64,000 bases of DNA, from contig NIVC01000107.1 in the NCBI GenBank assembly GCA_002269645.1, forward strand, positions 124,001 to 188,000, read 5' to 3'. This DNA comes from Macrostomum lignano. Taxonomy: Eukaryota. The notes under the pieces were generated by a model that made no database searches, was not told the DNA's origin, and worked only from the letters and a program-made list of their open reading frames with translations. A program made the translations under genes and the position numbers. Positions 41,160 to 54,495 of this stretch are shown here, one piece after another; the first letter of the stretch is position 1; each line of letters opens with the position of its first letter.

Positions 41160-44100
41160 TCAGTTACCGTCGGTGTCCTTGATGGTCTCCTGCTGCTCAA
41201 ACACCGGGTAGGCCTCCATCACCTGGGCCCAGGTAAGCCTCTCCTGCACCAGCTGCTGCACTATGCCGGGGATTTTCTCCACCTGGATGGGATAAATGGG
41301 ATTTGCGTGAGAGTGAGATTCGCTGCACCTGCCGGGTGGCCCAGCAACTGGGGATCTGGGAGGCTGGCCCAGCAACTGAGGATCTGGGAGGCTGGCCCAG
41401 CAACTGACACTGGGAGGCTGGCCTAGCAACTGAGGAGCTGGGAGGCTGGCCTAGCAACTGAAGATCTGGGAGGCTGGCCTAGCAGCAGACACCAGCAGAC
41501 AGAATCCGTACCTCAACCCGAACCTGCCGCATGGAGTCGCGCTCCCGCAGCGTGGCGGTCGCCGGCGTCTTGTTGATGCTGTCGAAGTCGATGGTGACGC
41601 CGTAGGGGATGGCGATCTGGTCGGTGCGCGCGTACCGCTTGCCGATGGAGACGCTGCTGTCGTCAATGCGGTGGGACAGGCCGGCCTGGGTGAGCGCCTG
41701 GGACATGGCGGTGGCCATCTCGCGCAGCTTGGGGTTGTTGCTGAGCTGCAGCACGCTGCACTTGTAGGGGGCGATGACGGGCGGCAGGCTGAGGTAGGTC
41801 CGGGCCTCGTCTCCCTCCCGGGCCCGGAAGCTGTGCTCGAAGATGACGTACATGATGCGGCCGATGCCGAAGCTGGGCTCGATGACGCTGGGCACGAACT
41901 CAAGGCGGTGGACGGTGCGCTCAGTGCGGCGGACGGACACCATGTCCGGCGTCAGCTTGCGCTCGCTGCCGCCGATCTCGCGAGACGCCGAGCCGAGCGA
42001 CTCCAGCTCGGTGGCCAGGGAGTTCAGATCCGCCTCCTCCAGGCTGCTCAGGTACTGGGTCACGTGACTGCGGGGGAGAGGCTAAACTGACTAACTGACT
42101 GCTACTCTATACTGACTACTACTCAACTGACTACTACTTTAAACTGACTACTGCTCTATACTGACTACTACTCTATACTGACTACTGCTCAACTGACTAC
42201 TACTCAACTGACTGCTACTCTATACTGACTACTACTCTATACTGACTACTACTCAACTGACTACTATTTTAAACTGACTACTGCTCTATACTGACTACTA
42301 CTCTATACTGACTACTGCTCAACTGACTACTACTCAACTGACTGCTACTCTATACTGACTACTGCTCTATACTGACTACTACTCTATACTGACTACTGCT
42401 CAACTGACTACTACTCAACTGACTGCTACTCTATACTGACTACTACTCTATACTGACTACTACTCTATACTGACTACTGCTCTATACTGACTACTACTCT
42501 ATACTGACTACTGCTCAACTGACTACTACTCAACTGACTGCTACTCTATACTGACTACTACTCTATACTGACTACTGCTCTATACTGACTACTACTCTAT
42601 ACTGACTACTACTCAACTGACTACTGCTTTAAACTGACTATTATTTTATACAGACTACTACTCATCCTCAGTCATGTACACTCCCTGTAAATTCTATAAA
42701 TTCGATTGAACACATGACCACAGGGCACGCAACCTACACGGCATCGGCTTTGAAAGTCCTGCCAACAACGCCTTTGTTGATGACGGCTTCGTTGGCGACC
42801 ACCACCTGCGGCTCCGCCAGCATCTTCTCGGCCACCAGCTGGGCGCCGCAGGCTTTGGAGTGCTGCGTCAGGTCGTAGGCGGAGCGGTCGGCGCAGCCAA
42901 CGCACTCGATCCAGCCGTAGGAGGTCAGGCACTCGGCATCCCAGCAGTCGCAGGCGTAGTGCGCCATCTCGTTGCTGAGGTGCTGGCGGAACCGCAGCCG
43001 CTGGCGGTCCACGCCGCAGCGCACCATGAACAGGAAGATGCGGGCCATGAAGTAGGCCAGGGTCTGGTTGGCGATCACGCCGGCCGACACCGCCTGCGGC
43101 AGCGTGAGGAGGAGGGGCGACTGGTTGGTTAGAGCTCAGGCTCAGAGATACTAGCTATGAAATCTATAGACCTAATCTACAAGTTCCAATTGATATCTAA
43201 TTCCCATAAATCCGGACATCTAATCTCCATAAAATCGGACATCTAATCTCCATAAATCCGGACATCTAACTCCCATAAATCCGGACATCTAATCCCCATA
43301 AATCTGGACATCTAATCCCTATTAATCCAGACATCTAATCCCCATAAATCCGGACATCTAATCCCCAGGAATCCCGACATCTAATCCCCAGAAATCCGGA
43401 CATCAAATCCTCAGAAATCCGGACATCTAATGCCAATAAATCCGGACATCTAATCCTCATCAATCCGGACATCTAATGCCAATAAATCCGGACATCTAGT
43501 CCCAATAAATCCGGACATCTAATGCCAATAAATCCGGACATCTAGTCCCAATAAATCCGGACATCTAAAGCCAATAAATCTGGACATCTAATCCTCATCA
43601 ATCGGGACATCTAATTCCCATAAAACCGGACATCTAATGCCAATAAATCCGGACATCTAGTCCCAATAAATCCGGACATCTAATCCCCATAAATCCGGAC
43701 ATCTAAAGCCAATAAATCTGGACACCTAATCCTCATCAATCCGGACATCTAATTCCCATAAATCCGGACATCTAATCTCCAGAAATCCGGACATCTGGCC
43801 TGGAACTCCAAAGTCCGGGTCAGCTCCGGTCCAGCACAAACCTCTCCTAGCGGCTTCTCAGTCGCATCCAGGCCGGCCATCTGGTCCTTGGCCGAGTAGA
43901 GCGGCAGGCTGAGACCGGCCACGCTGGCGAACTTCGGATGAGACTTGTCGGCGGGGTCCAAGAAGTGCTCGATCTCCGCCATGGTGAACTCTCGAACTCT
44001 GCGGAGGTCAGAGTGATGTGAGCGTTAGATTTCTGTATGGACAAATTTTCCATAACAACTCATTTTACAGTTTGAATATGAGTTCCCGTTCCCAGACTCC

Positions 44101-47060
44101 CAAATTCCCAATTTCAGACTTCGGAATCTTAATCCTACTCCAGAATTCTGGTCACTAACTCTGAAATCCCGATCTCAGACTAGAGAATTCTGATCCCAAA
44201 CTCCTGAATCCCGATCCCAGACTCCAGAATTCCGATCTAAGACTCCTGAATCCCGATCCCAAACTCCAGAATCCCGATCCCAGACTCCAGAATTCCGATC
44301 CCAGACTCCAGAATCCCGATCCCAGACTCCAGAATTCCGATCCCAGACTCCAGAATCCCGATCCCAGACTCCAGAATTCCGATCCCAGACTCCAGAATTC
44401 CGATCCCAGACTCCAGAATCCCGATCCCAGACTCCAGAATTCCGATCCCAGACTCCAGAATCCCGATCCCAGACTCCAGAATTCCGATCCCAGACTCCAG
44501 AATTCCGATCCCAGACTCCAGAATTCCGATCTAAGACTCTAGACTTCCGATCTAAGACTCCTGAATCCCAATCCCAAACTCCGGAATCTCGATCCCAAAC
44601 TACAGAATCCGGATCCCAAACTCCGGAATCCCGATCCCAGACTCCGGAATCTCGATCCCAAACTACAGAATCCCGATCCCAGACTCTAGAATCCCGATCC
44701 CAAACTCTAGAATCCCGATCCCAAACTCCAGAATCCCTGATCCCAGACTCCGAAATCCCGATCCCAGAATCCCGATCCCAGACTCCGAAATTCCGATCCC
44801 AGACTCCGAAATTCCGATCCCAGACTCCAGAATCCCGATCCCAGACTCCAGAATCCCGATCCTAGACTCCAGAATCCCTGATTCCAGACTCCGAAATTCC
44901 GATCCCAGACTCCGAAATTCCGATCCCAGACTCCAGAATCCCAATCCCAGACTCCAGAATCCCGATCCTAGACTCCAGAATCCCTGATCCCACACTACGA
45001 AATCCCGATCCCAGACTCCAGAATCCCGATCCCAGACCCCAAAATCCCGATCTCTGACTCTTAAATCCCGATCTGGGATTCGGACATCAGAATCTCTGAA
45101 ATCCTGATCTCAGACTACAGAATCCTGATCCCAGACTTCGGAATCCTGGTCTCAGACTCTTAAATCCTGATCCCAAACTCCGAAATCCCACCTGAGCAGG
45201 CCAGCCCGCGGGCTGATCTCATTCCGGAAGCTGTTGCCAATCTGGGCGGCGGCGAACGGCAGCCGGCCCTGGTTGAACTCCAGCAACCGTTTAAAATTGA
45301 CGAAGATGCCCTGGGCGGTCTCCGGCCGCAGATAGCCTTTGATGTTGCCGGCGGGCCCGATGGACACCTGGAACATCAGGTTGAACTGCTGCGGCTCCGA
45401 GATCTCGTTGCCGGACTGAGGCGACTTGATGCCAAACTTCACAATAACCTCCTGCAGGCCGGCGCCGTCCAGGTTGTCGAGGCTGTTCAGGATTCTGCGC
45501 GCCTCATCGCGCCGGTCCTGCGGCGTCTTGGGATCGGCCTCCAGCTTCTCCAGGAACTGCTTGACCACGTGGTCGGCCCGGAAGCACTCGCCGGTTTTCA
45601 GGTCCTTCACCTTGTAGTCGGCGAACCTCTCCACGTGGCCGGAGGCCTTCAGCACCGGCTCCGGGGTGAGCATGGAGCAGTCCATCTCGAGCATCTGCTC
45701 CTCCAGCACGAAGAAGTTTCGCCACTCCTGCAGCAGGTTCGCCTTCACCGCGCAGCCCATCGGACCGAAGTCGTACAGGCCCTGCACACCTGCGGCAGGG
45801 GAGCAAGTGGGGAGCATGTTGCAGAGTCTTGATCAGCATCTGAGATTCTCAAGACAATCCTGGATCTCCAGGGCTAAGCTGCCACCATCCCAGATCCTCA
45901 ATGCTGAGCTGCCACCATTCCAGATCCTCAATGCTGAGCTGCCACCATCCCAGATCCTCAATGCTGAGCTTAAACCATCCCAGATCCTCAATGCTGAGCT
46001 GCCACCATCCCAGATCCTCAATGCTGAGCTGCCACCATCCCAGATCCTCAATGCTGAGCTGCTACCATTCCAGATCCTCAATGCTGAGCTGCCACCATCC
46101 CAGATCCTCAATGCTGAGCTGCCACCATCCCAGATCCTCAATGCTGAGCTGCCACCATTCCAGATCCTCAATGCTGAGCTGCCACCATCCCAGATCCTCA
46201 ATGCTGAGCTGCCACCATTCTAGATCCTCAATGCTGAGCTGCCACCATTCCAGATCCTCAATGCTGAGCTGCCACCATCCCAGATCCTCAATGCTGAGCT
46301 GCCACCATTCCAGATCCTCAATGCTGAGCTGCCACCATCCCAGATCCTCAATGCTGAGCTTAAACCATCCCAGATCCTCAATGCTGAGCTGCCACCATCC
46401 CAGATCCTCAATGCTGAGCTGCCACCATCCCAGATCCTCAATGCTGAGCTGCTACCATTCCAGATCCTCAATGCTGAGCTGCCACCATCCCAGATCCTCA
46501 ATGCTGAGCTGCCACCATTCCAGATCCTCAATGCTGAGCTGCCACCATCCCAGATCCTCAATGCTGAGCTGCCACCATTCTAGATCCTCAATGCTGAGCT
46601 GCCACCATTCCAGATCCTCAATGCTGAGCTGCCACCATTCTAGATCCTCAATGCTGAGCTGCCACCATTCCAGATCCTCAATGCTGAGCTGCCACCATTC
46701 CAGATCCTCAATGCTGAGCTGCCACCATTCCAGATCCTCAATGCTGAGCTGCCACCATCCCAGATCCTCAATGCTGAGCTGCTACCATTCCAGATCCTCA
46801 ATGCTGAGCTGCCACCATCCCAGATCCCCAATGCTGAGCTGCCACCATTCCAGATCCTCAATGCTGAGCTGCCACCATCCCAGATCCTCAATGCTGAGCT
46901 GCCACCATCCCAGATCCCCAATTCTAAGCTGTAAAATGCAGTCACTTGCACCACAAACCATTCAGTAATGACACTCACCCCCATAGATAGCAAATGATTG
47001 GTCATAGAAAAATCGCTGCTTTAGCAGAGTCTCCAGCTTGTTGCGATCAAAGCCCTCCAT
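41160..47060 (-). CDS. GARS1: Glycyl-tRNA synthetase; exons 47060-46979, 45789-45192, 43998-43842, 43093-42738, 42067-41512, 41282-41160 (1872 nt, 623 aa, frame intact)
   Basis: Motifs [14 protein letters not shown]|[75 protein letters not shown] and [11 protein letters not shown]. All five introns are GT-AG and the exon phases sum correctly. Confidence 0.96.
41335..41485. repeat. 29-30-bp minisatellite in the last GARS intron (same family as 13165-13870)
   Basis: ggcccagcaactgaggatctgggaggct units. Confidence 0.9.
42085..42660. repeat. 16-bp minisatellite in a GARS intron
   Basis: ctactctatactgact units. Confidence 0.95.
43200..43800. repeat. 22-bp minisatellite in a GARS intron
   Basis: taaatccggacatctaatcccca-type units. 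Confidence 0.95.
44090..45190. repeat. 21-bp minisatellite in a GARS intron, reaching the donor site
   Basis: cccagactccagaatcccgat units. Confidence 0.95.
45875..46925. repeat. 30-bp minisatellite filling GARS intron 1 (~35 copies)
   Basis: cagatcctcaatgctgagctgccaccatcc units. Confidence 0.97.
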
Positions 47061-50000
47061 TACTTCTTCAACAATATACTGCAGCTTTCTAGAAAGAATT
47101 TTTTATTAAATCTTATACCAATACAGTGAGAAAAATATATACAAGAAAATATAATAAACAATTGTATATAATAAGACAGTTAGCATTCAATTCTTAATTT
47201 AAAAATAGTATCCCTTCAAATATTAATGAATTTGTTTATTTATTATTTTTAACCTTTTGTTACTTTTAAATAATGCAACTTTCCTTTTAAATTGTTTTCA
47301 CAAATAGCTTTAGAACCTAAACTGACAACTCTGACTCCTAGAAGAAGTAATAGAAGTCTTTTACTTATATTATATTATTTTAGATTAACTAACTAAATAT
47401 ATTTTAATTTAAATATATTAAATTTTATATTATTTTATTAATTTCTTTTTTACTAATTTAAGATAGAAGATTTAATAAGTGTTCTGTAAGTATATAACTA
47501 GAAAAATATACGCAAAGGCAAATTTGAATGAGAAATAGGTTTTTTATAAATGAATAATTTAGCAAGGCAATTATATAAATTGCCTTTATATAATAGCAAA
47601 AATATAAATTGGAAAGAAAAAAGTAGGCCCCTCCTAATATATTTCTATGCTTGTTTATTCTTATTCTAGACTATACCAAGGTCTAACTCTAAGTGCACTA
47701 AATATTTTAAGATGAATTATATTAATTTAATATCCTTGATGGCTTGAGAGTCAATTTGAGTAAAGTTTTTCTTTTGCCTTATGGCTTATGGTCTACAGTC
47801 TAGAATAGCCTAAAATAGAGCCTGGGTTTTTTTAGGCCATACGGTAGCCACCGGCTACCCAAAAAAGCCATTGGCAACTAGATTTGTTGCATCAGAGGCC
47901 AATCTGGCAACCAACTTGAACCAAGGAAGTTGCCAATGATAAAACAGTCTATCACATTTTATTACTGCTAAGTTTGGCTTGGCTAAAAACCTGAAGCCTG
48001 AGCTGATTCAAGCATATTATTTTTTCATCAATGCGTGAAAATTGTTGCAAAAACAACTTTATAAAGTTGTTTTGTTGTATTGTGATTTGCATATGATTTT
48101 TGCTATGCACAGGCACTGGGACACTAAAATAGGTCAGTTGCCAGTTGGCAACTGAGGATGGCAATTGGCAACTAGATTTTGAGCTCCAGTTGCCATGGCA
48201 ACTGGATTTTGGATGAAAAACCCAAAATAGAGCTAAAATTGCTAAAAATTATTCCCAAGCTACAACTTGCAAGTTAAGTTGGTCTTAACAATTAGCAATG
48301 TTGAGCACCATTAATGAAAATCTTAACTTCCGATCCATTAATGGCAAAAGAATCTGATTCAGCTAAAAATCTTAACTTATTAATTCTAATTTCATTTGAT
48401 AATTGTTAATATAAATAAGTGTTAATCTGTTAAAGTTAACACACAAAAAATAGAAATCTTGCACTTTTTTTCAAAACACGCTTCATAATGCACTGTCTGC
48501 TTTTCCATCTTTTTTAGTGAAACAGCACAGAGCCGACAGAGGTCATCTATTTGATTTACAAGCTAAAAGCCTAAAAGGTAATAAATAATAATTAAAACAA
48601 CTTGCATATACAATAGCTTGTACTACTAAAAGTAAGCATAAGGTAAAAGAAGTGACTTATTTATTTGAAACGTGAAAGCTAATTAGGCCCTAGTCAATAG
48701 TAAAATACGAATTTTTGCATGAGCCTCATTCGACATTCAAATTAATAATGTGACTGCTAAAGATTCAAGTTTAAATATGAGCAAAATTTCTCGGAAACAA
48801 AGTCCAATTAAACAAACTAAAAAATTTACCTAACTCTGCATAGAGAAGAGCAGGCCCTGCATGGCAATATGCAAGCAAGTACGCAAGTTTTCTGGGTTTC
48901 AGAAGCGGCAAGGGCTGACAAAGCTTCCAATCTCTTTAAGCCCAGCCACTAAAGCCCTTTTACTCGTAGAACTTTCTCTTAGACCGAGCCCTCATTTGAA
49001 GCCGTCTCATACAGGGGTGCATTCAGGAATTTCGTTTGGGGATATCGGATTCCGCCCCTAGATTCTGAACTTCCGCTTAGAAATTTGAAAGCACTCCATC
49101 AATTTTCACTTTTGCATGTAAAACATGGCATAAGGACCAGGTAACTTCTATATAGTGGTCCTTGCATGGCATAAATCATTATGGCACTCAAATCCGCGGA
49201 AAATATCGCAGAGTTATTACAAAATGAAGGATTAGTCTAACCAATTGTTGTGTTCTAATTAACACAGAGAGTTTCTTTGATTGAAGCTTTCTCCGCGAGA
49301 CACAAATCTCGCTCACAATATATTTATAGAGGTGAAACTCCTACTTGCACGTTGCATTGCCAAATCGATACGCAATCACCTACACATTCTAGTCTGAGTA
49401 CAGTATACGCCCACGCATTCAATAATGTCAAAAGTTAATTGTCAGTGGTCAGTTCATTGCGCAAGCATTGTCAATCACAACACCAATATGTTTGTGCCTG
49501 TCTGCCCTGTGCCGTGCATTAAGTGCACTCAGGGACTACTAATAACTACTCATAATTCAACTACATGTACACTGTAGAGTTATTGAGTAGTTCCCTGAGT
49601 GCACCCTGCCGTCACTGCAGTTTCACACACTCCGTCTCTCGATATGTCTCTCTTCTCTTTTGTATCAGACTCCATAAAGCCTCAAGTCCACGCATAACAC
49701 AAGGGCAGCCGGCTTAAATTATCGAACTTGAAAAAATTGGGGGTCTCAGAATTTGGGGGGATATGCCGATATACGATCCCGGGCTAAGCTACGCTACTGC
49801 TCTTATAGCGTGAACCAGCACATGAGACGCACACCGCACCCCCACCAACCATGCAGCCGGGCAGAGGAGGCTCAGTCCCGGTCCCTGTCAGCTAAAATCG
49901 ATTACATAGTCAGTATAAACAGTCCCTGAAATCGGCAATAAGCATATGATTTATTGAAAGGCTACATATCGACCCTCCAGGTTGGTCTGTTTATAACATG

Positions 50001-50142
50001 TACATATACGTAGACAGTTAAAAGTTAAGAACTAAACCTAAGAAAGTTAAATAGGTTTGTAATAAACTTAACTTACCTTAAATACTTTGAGAACGACTCA
50101 CTTCATCGTTGACATAGAGCTAGTCCAACAATCATCTAGCAC

Positions 50143-53100
50143 ATGGCAGCCGAGTCTTCAGCAGCGGAGTCTTCAGACAGTTCGGAAGCTTCAGAAGCAG
50201 ATCCCAACACAGAAAACTTTCAACGGCGATTGTTCGCAAAATGTATAACTTTTATATATTTTTGCTACCGCAGTTTCTGATATTCATTTCATACCTAACA
50301 CACATCCACTTTGCAGGCCCAGCTCTAAACAAGATTAAGGATAAATTCCGAAAACTGAATATGGAGCAGAAGATGCTGGTGTACCTGCTATGCAAAAATC
50401 CGAAGGAATCAACGCACCTTGAACTCAAAGAAGCGTTTCCATCCAGCAAAGATAAAGTTTTACGCTCTGCATGCTCAATGTACAATGGGCTTGACAAAGA
50501 CATGCGAGAGCCGAGTCTCACAGACAGCCAGAAAGACTCCTCGTACATTGTTTATGGCGTCGAAGAGGACGATAAGAGCAAGCAGAGGGTCTTCAAACCG
50601 TTGAAAAAAGAAACAAAAGACAGCAATATTCAAGATTGGTTTCGCAACTGCACTCGGCCCATGGTTCGCGTTACCTGGCACCTGGTGAAATTTGACAGAA
50701 TGTTCACTTTCCCTATTGCTGATCGAATGGCGGAAATTCCACCAGGAACTTACGCATTGCTGGAAGTTCACACAGGAAGTGTTGGTCCCACAAGATACAA
50801 AAGCACTGAAAAATCGAGTACGGGTATTTGGCATTTGTACTCGAGAACAGACGCCAGCAATTTACCAGAGGAGAAGATGGACGACAATTTCAAAGAGGAG
50901 CTGAACAGACAGTTTGAGAACAGGTTTGACCATAGTGCACTCAATCCAATCGCTGATGCTCTTCAGGAATACCAGGAGTCGTTTCGAGTGCTGCTACTGA
51001 CAGATTTTTTTGATGTCAGAAATGAAAAAGAAAATTTGATCCGGGCTCTGACAAGAGGCAAATGGAACATTATCGTCGACTTCGATAAAAAGAGCAGAAA
51101 AGCTGGAGGGCATCACCAGTTCATCACTCAGGAAATGGAAGCTCAAGGTCGAAAGTTCTCACTTCATACTCTTCGTGACTCAAACACTTCAGATGTTCCT
51201 GAAGAAGAATTGAGTCAGTGCAAGCAGGGAAAGATGTTTGTACATTCAGGCCGACGGATGCAGTGAACGAGGGCCGGGGGGAATCAAAGGTCCAAAAAAT
51301 GGAGAAAAGCTAAAACTCCTTTTGCAATCAAAAGTTTTTGTTCCTGTTTTAGAAAGCGATGGCCCCCAAAAACGAGTTTTTTGCTTGACACTTGTAGCTG
51401 GTACAAACAATTCACCAGCTGAACTTGATCAAATCCCTCAATTGGTGAAAGACTCCGTTGAAGCTGCTAGTGGAGACTCAAGCAAGTTTTATTCCCTAGC
51501 TGTGTGTACCAGTGAGTCTGCTAGAAGCAATGCTTTACCCAATGCCAACACAGGTCAATTCGAGACGTACACGGTACCTGCCAATCAACTCAGTTGCGCT
51601 CTCAACTCTCTGTATCCTAAGAAAGATCAGTCGTTGACTGAAGAACTTCCGGGGTGTTCCGGAAAGTTCTCCATGCCTTGTAGCAGCTATGATTTCGTTG
51701 AGTTCTTCCATATTACAGCTGGACGGCCCGAAAAGCCTTTGCCGGACCTGTCTGAGGATGATTTTAATGACAGGAGACAGCAATTTCTGGCAGGTAATGA
51801 GCTGACTGCAGAAATGCTGTACTTGCATGATGAAAACCTTTTTAACAAGAGGATGTTCGTCCAGCGAAATCGAATTAATGGTCTTGAAGAAGAAGTCAAC
51901 AGCGCACTTGAATTCAGCAGCAAAAAGTCTTTTGAAAATTACGACATGAAACAGCGTTCGATAATCCGACTTATGCATCAGCCGGTCTCTGGAGCGACGA
52001 CCATTGCGAATGTCGTCATGTGGAAATTCCATAAAGAATATCCCTGCATCAAAGTGAAGGAAGCAAAAGGTGAAGACATTGTTGGCAAAGAACTGAGGAA
52101 ACTGATTTCGGATGTTTACATAAAGGCACAGAAGCCTGTTCTTGTCCTGTTTGACAATGTGGCTGATTATTTGGCCATAACTCGCTTCATGAGTGAATTG
52201 GCCAATTTTCATGCAGCACCAAAACTTGTCGTGCTGCTAGTGGAACGAGTAGTCAGACAGGAAGACTCCGGCACTGGATCAGGAAGAACTCAAATTCTAA
52301 AAATGGAGCTTTCTCCTGAGGAAGAAAAACGCTTTGCAAAGCTGTATGAGGAAGCTGGTGGAGACATGAAGTTAATTAAAAAGAGTGAAACGGATATTCG
52401 CGAGATCTTGAATGACTGCGAGAACAAAAAGACACCATTTCTGTTTGGTGTACTGCACTGCCTAGACTATTTAAAAGTTAACGAGATTGTTACTGTTTTG
52501 CTAGAAAATAGCACTCAAACTACCAAGGATTTGCTATATTTTGCTTCCCTCTCAAAGCACTACATTAACTATCCAGTTAATCTCGCTATCGCCGCACACT
52601 TGCTTGACCTATCGCCCACTCAGGATGAACCCACTGAAGTGCTTAAGAAGCTGGGACTTCATCAGCATCTTCTAATTCTGCAAAAGGTTAAAGGTGCGTA
52701 CAACTTCTCGCCGGTTGTTTGTGTTGCTGAAAAAATTATGGAAATCTGCAGCACCAAGCAAAGCGATGACGAAGGTGAGTGTGAGGACAACGGCCGTTCC
52801 AAAGAGCAGAGGCAAGTTGTCTGGTTTGTCGACCAACTCTGCGGGATGGCCGACACAATTGGATTACAGAGTTGCCTGGGCAACCTCGTCACACAGCTGA
52901 CAACGTTTAAACGGGATTCTAATGATCAGTTTAGCCACTTAATGAAATCGCTGTATGAATGTAGCAAGGATGACAAGGATGATGAGCAAAGTTTAGATAC
53001 TTTAAAAGATCTTATACACAAACTGGCGAGCTCATTTCCTTCACAGAAAGGCCACATTCTGATACACTTGGCTCGCCTGCTCACCTACAAAGAAAAATCA

Positions 53101-54495
53101 TATGACGAATCACTTATCCTGGTTCGAACAGTTCTTGAGCTTGAAACATCAGAGACTTTTTCGGATACTAGAGTCACTGACGCAACGCTGCTCGGTATGT
53201 CTTCGCACCTCCTCAATTGCAAAATCGATCAGCTTAGTAACGAATCGAATCCTATTGAGTTTAAACAAGTAATCAGCTACGCTTTGAACAGTATTGAGCT
53301 ATCAAAGAGATCGCAAGCAAAAACAGGATATTTACACGAAAGCGGCGAAGTAGTGCACAAAGCACATCCGTTTATTGGTGAGATTCAGGCTCAACGACGG
53401 CTGCTAAAAGCATTCTTCGATCTGGAATGCCATGGAGATGGCAGAGAATTTATCCGAAAAATTCAGGACTTACCGGCAGTCTTGGAAATTAACGGCGATA
53501 TTTTACAGAAAATTTTCGCTCTCGAAAGCATGTACAATCGAGGGCAGTTGGAGCTCGGATCGTATTCTTCAAAAGAGCAACTTACATTGGACCGCACAAA
53601 GAAGGAGTTCATGCAGAGATATTCACACTGCTCGGTGAAAGAGCTGCTGGAGGTCAGTGTAAAGACCGGCTTCCAGTTTGCATGGGTGGCCTTTGATTAT
53701 TATATGTCGCTGCCTTGCATCCGGGCACCTGACGATACCGAAAGTGATCTGACTAACGAAGAAGAGAATTCTGGAGCGAAATCACGTGTAACAATGTGGG
53801 ATCGAACTTGGAATGTGAGCAATCTTCCGAGAGAAAAGAAGAAAACACTTCTGAGTAATTTATTGAACTGTCCATCTAAAATGGCGAAGAACTACTTTGA
53901 GATATGCGTCCTGCTCATTCTTTTTAAGGGGCCAACTGATTTTGATCGCGCACAGAAGGTTACGCTTGAGTGGCGCAAGCGATTTGAGTCTGACCATCTC
54001 GCCCACTTCATGCACGGCACCCTCATGTTGGTGAAATACCTTAAATTACCAGTTGGCGACATGGCCACGAATGCCAAAGAGAGATTGCTGAGGAACGCAA
54101 CGGATTCTCTATCGATTTGCAAAGAAATGATGACTTGTAAGAACCGCCAGCACAAAAAACCAGGATACTATCGTCTTCGTCTTTTTATCACAAGCTCTGG
54201 AGAGCCTCTCAACATTATCAAGTACATGCCGAAGAAGAATACACACGAAGAAGAGAAGGAGCACATTCGGAAGAATAACGGAAGGAGGTTTACCGGCATC
54301 GTCGATGAAGACAGAAGGTTAATTTGCTTCGAATTGAATTCCTGGCGTCTGAATCTACCATCGCAAGATGAGAACAACGCGGAAAAAATGGACGACATGG
54401 TTCGGAAGAAAAGCCGAGTGTCCTTCTTTCTTGCGATGGCGTACAGTGGTCTCACTCCGATAGACATTAAGGAGGAGCCGCATCTGAACAATTGA
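50143..54495 (+). CDS. SAM-less SAMD9/SAMD9L-like protein (AlbA_2/Schlafen nuclease, SIR2-like region, STAND P-loop NTPase, helical/TPR region, OB-like C-terminus); exon 50143-50242, intron 50243-50316, exon 50317-54495 with one +1 indel near 51240; ~1,425 aa
   Basis: Motifs ESTHLELK, LRSACSMYN and YIVYGVEED (Schlafen/AlbA_2); KWNIIVDFDKKS (SAMD9 W.AVL.FD..S); IIRLMHQPVSGATTIANVVMWKFHKEYPC (SAMD9 Walker A region); PVLVLFDN (Walker B); and the terminal RVSFFLAMAYSGLTPIDI (SAMD9 VSFYLGFSI.GP.AYDI-like). Confidence 0.8.

Noticed and set aside
47820-48225. Cluster of ggcaac/gttgcc motifs between gggttttt and aaaaaccc ends; similar motif clusters at 34690-34950 and 39930-40270
   Set aside because: Probably small MITE remnants, but termini and TSDs could not be fixed from one copy.
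48861-49061. Possible upstream GARS (WHEP) exon
   Set aside because: Only vague similarity that needs a frameshift, with no convincing donor site.
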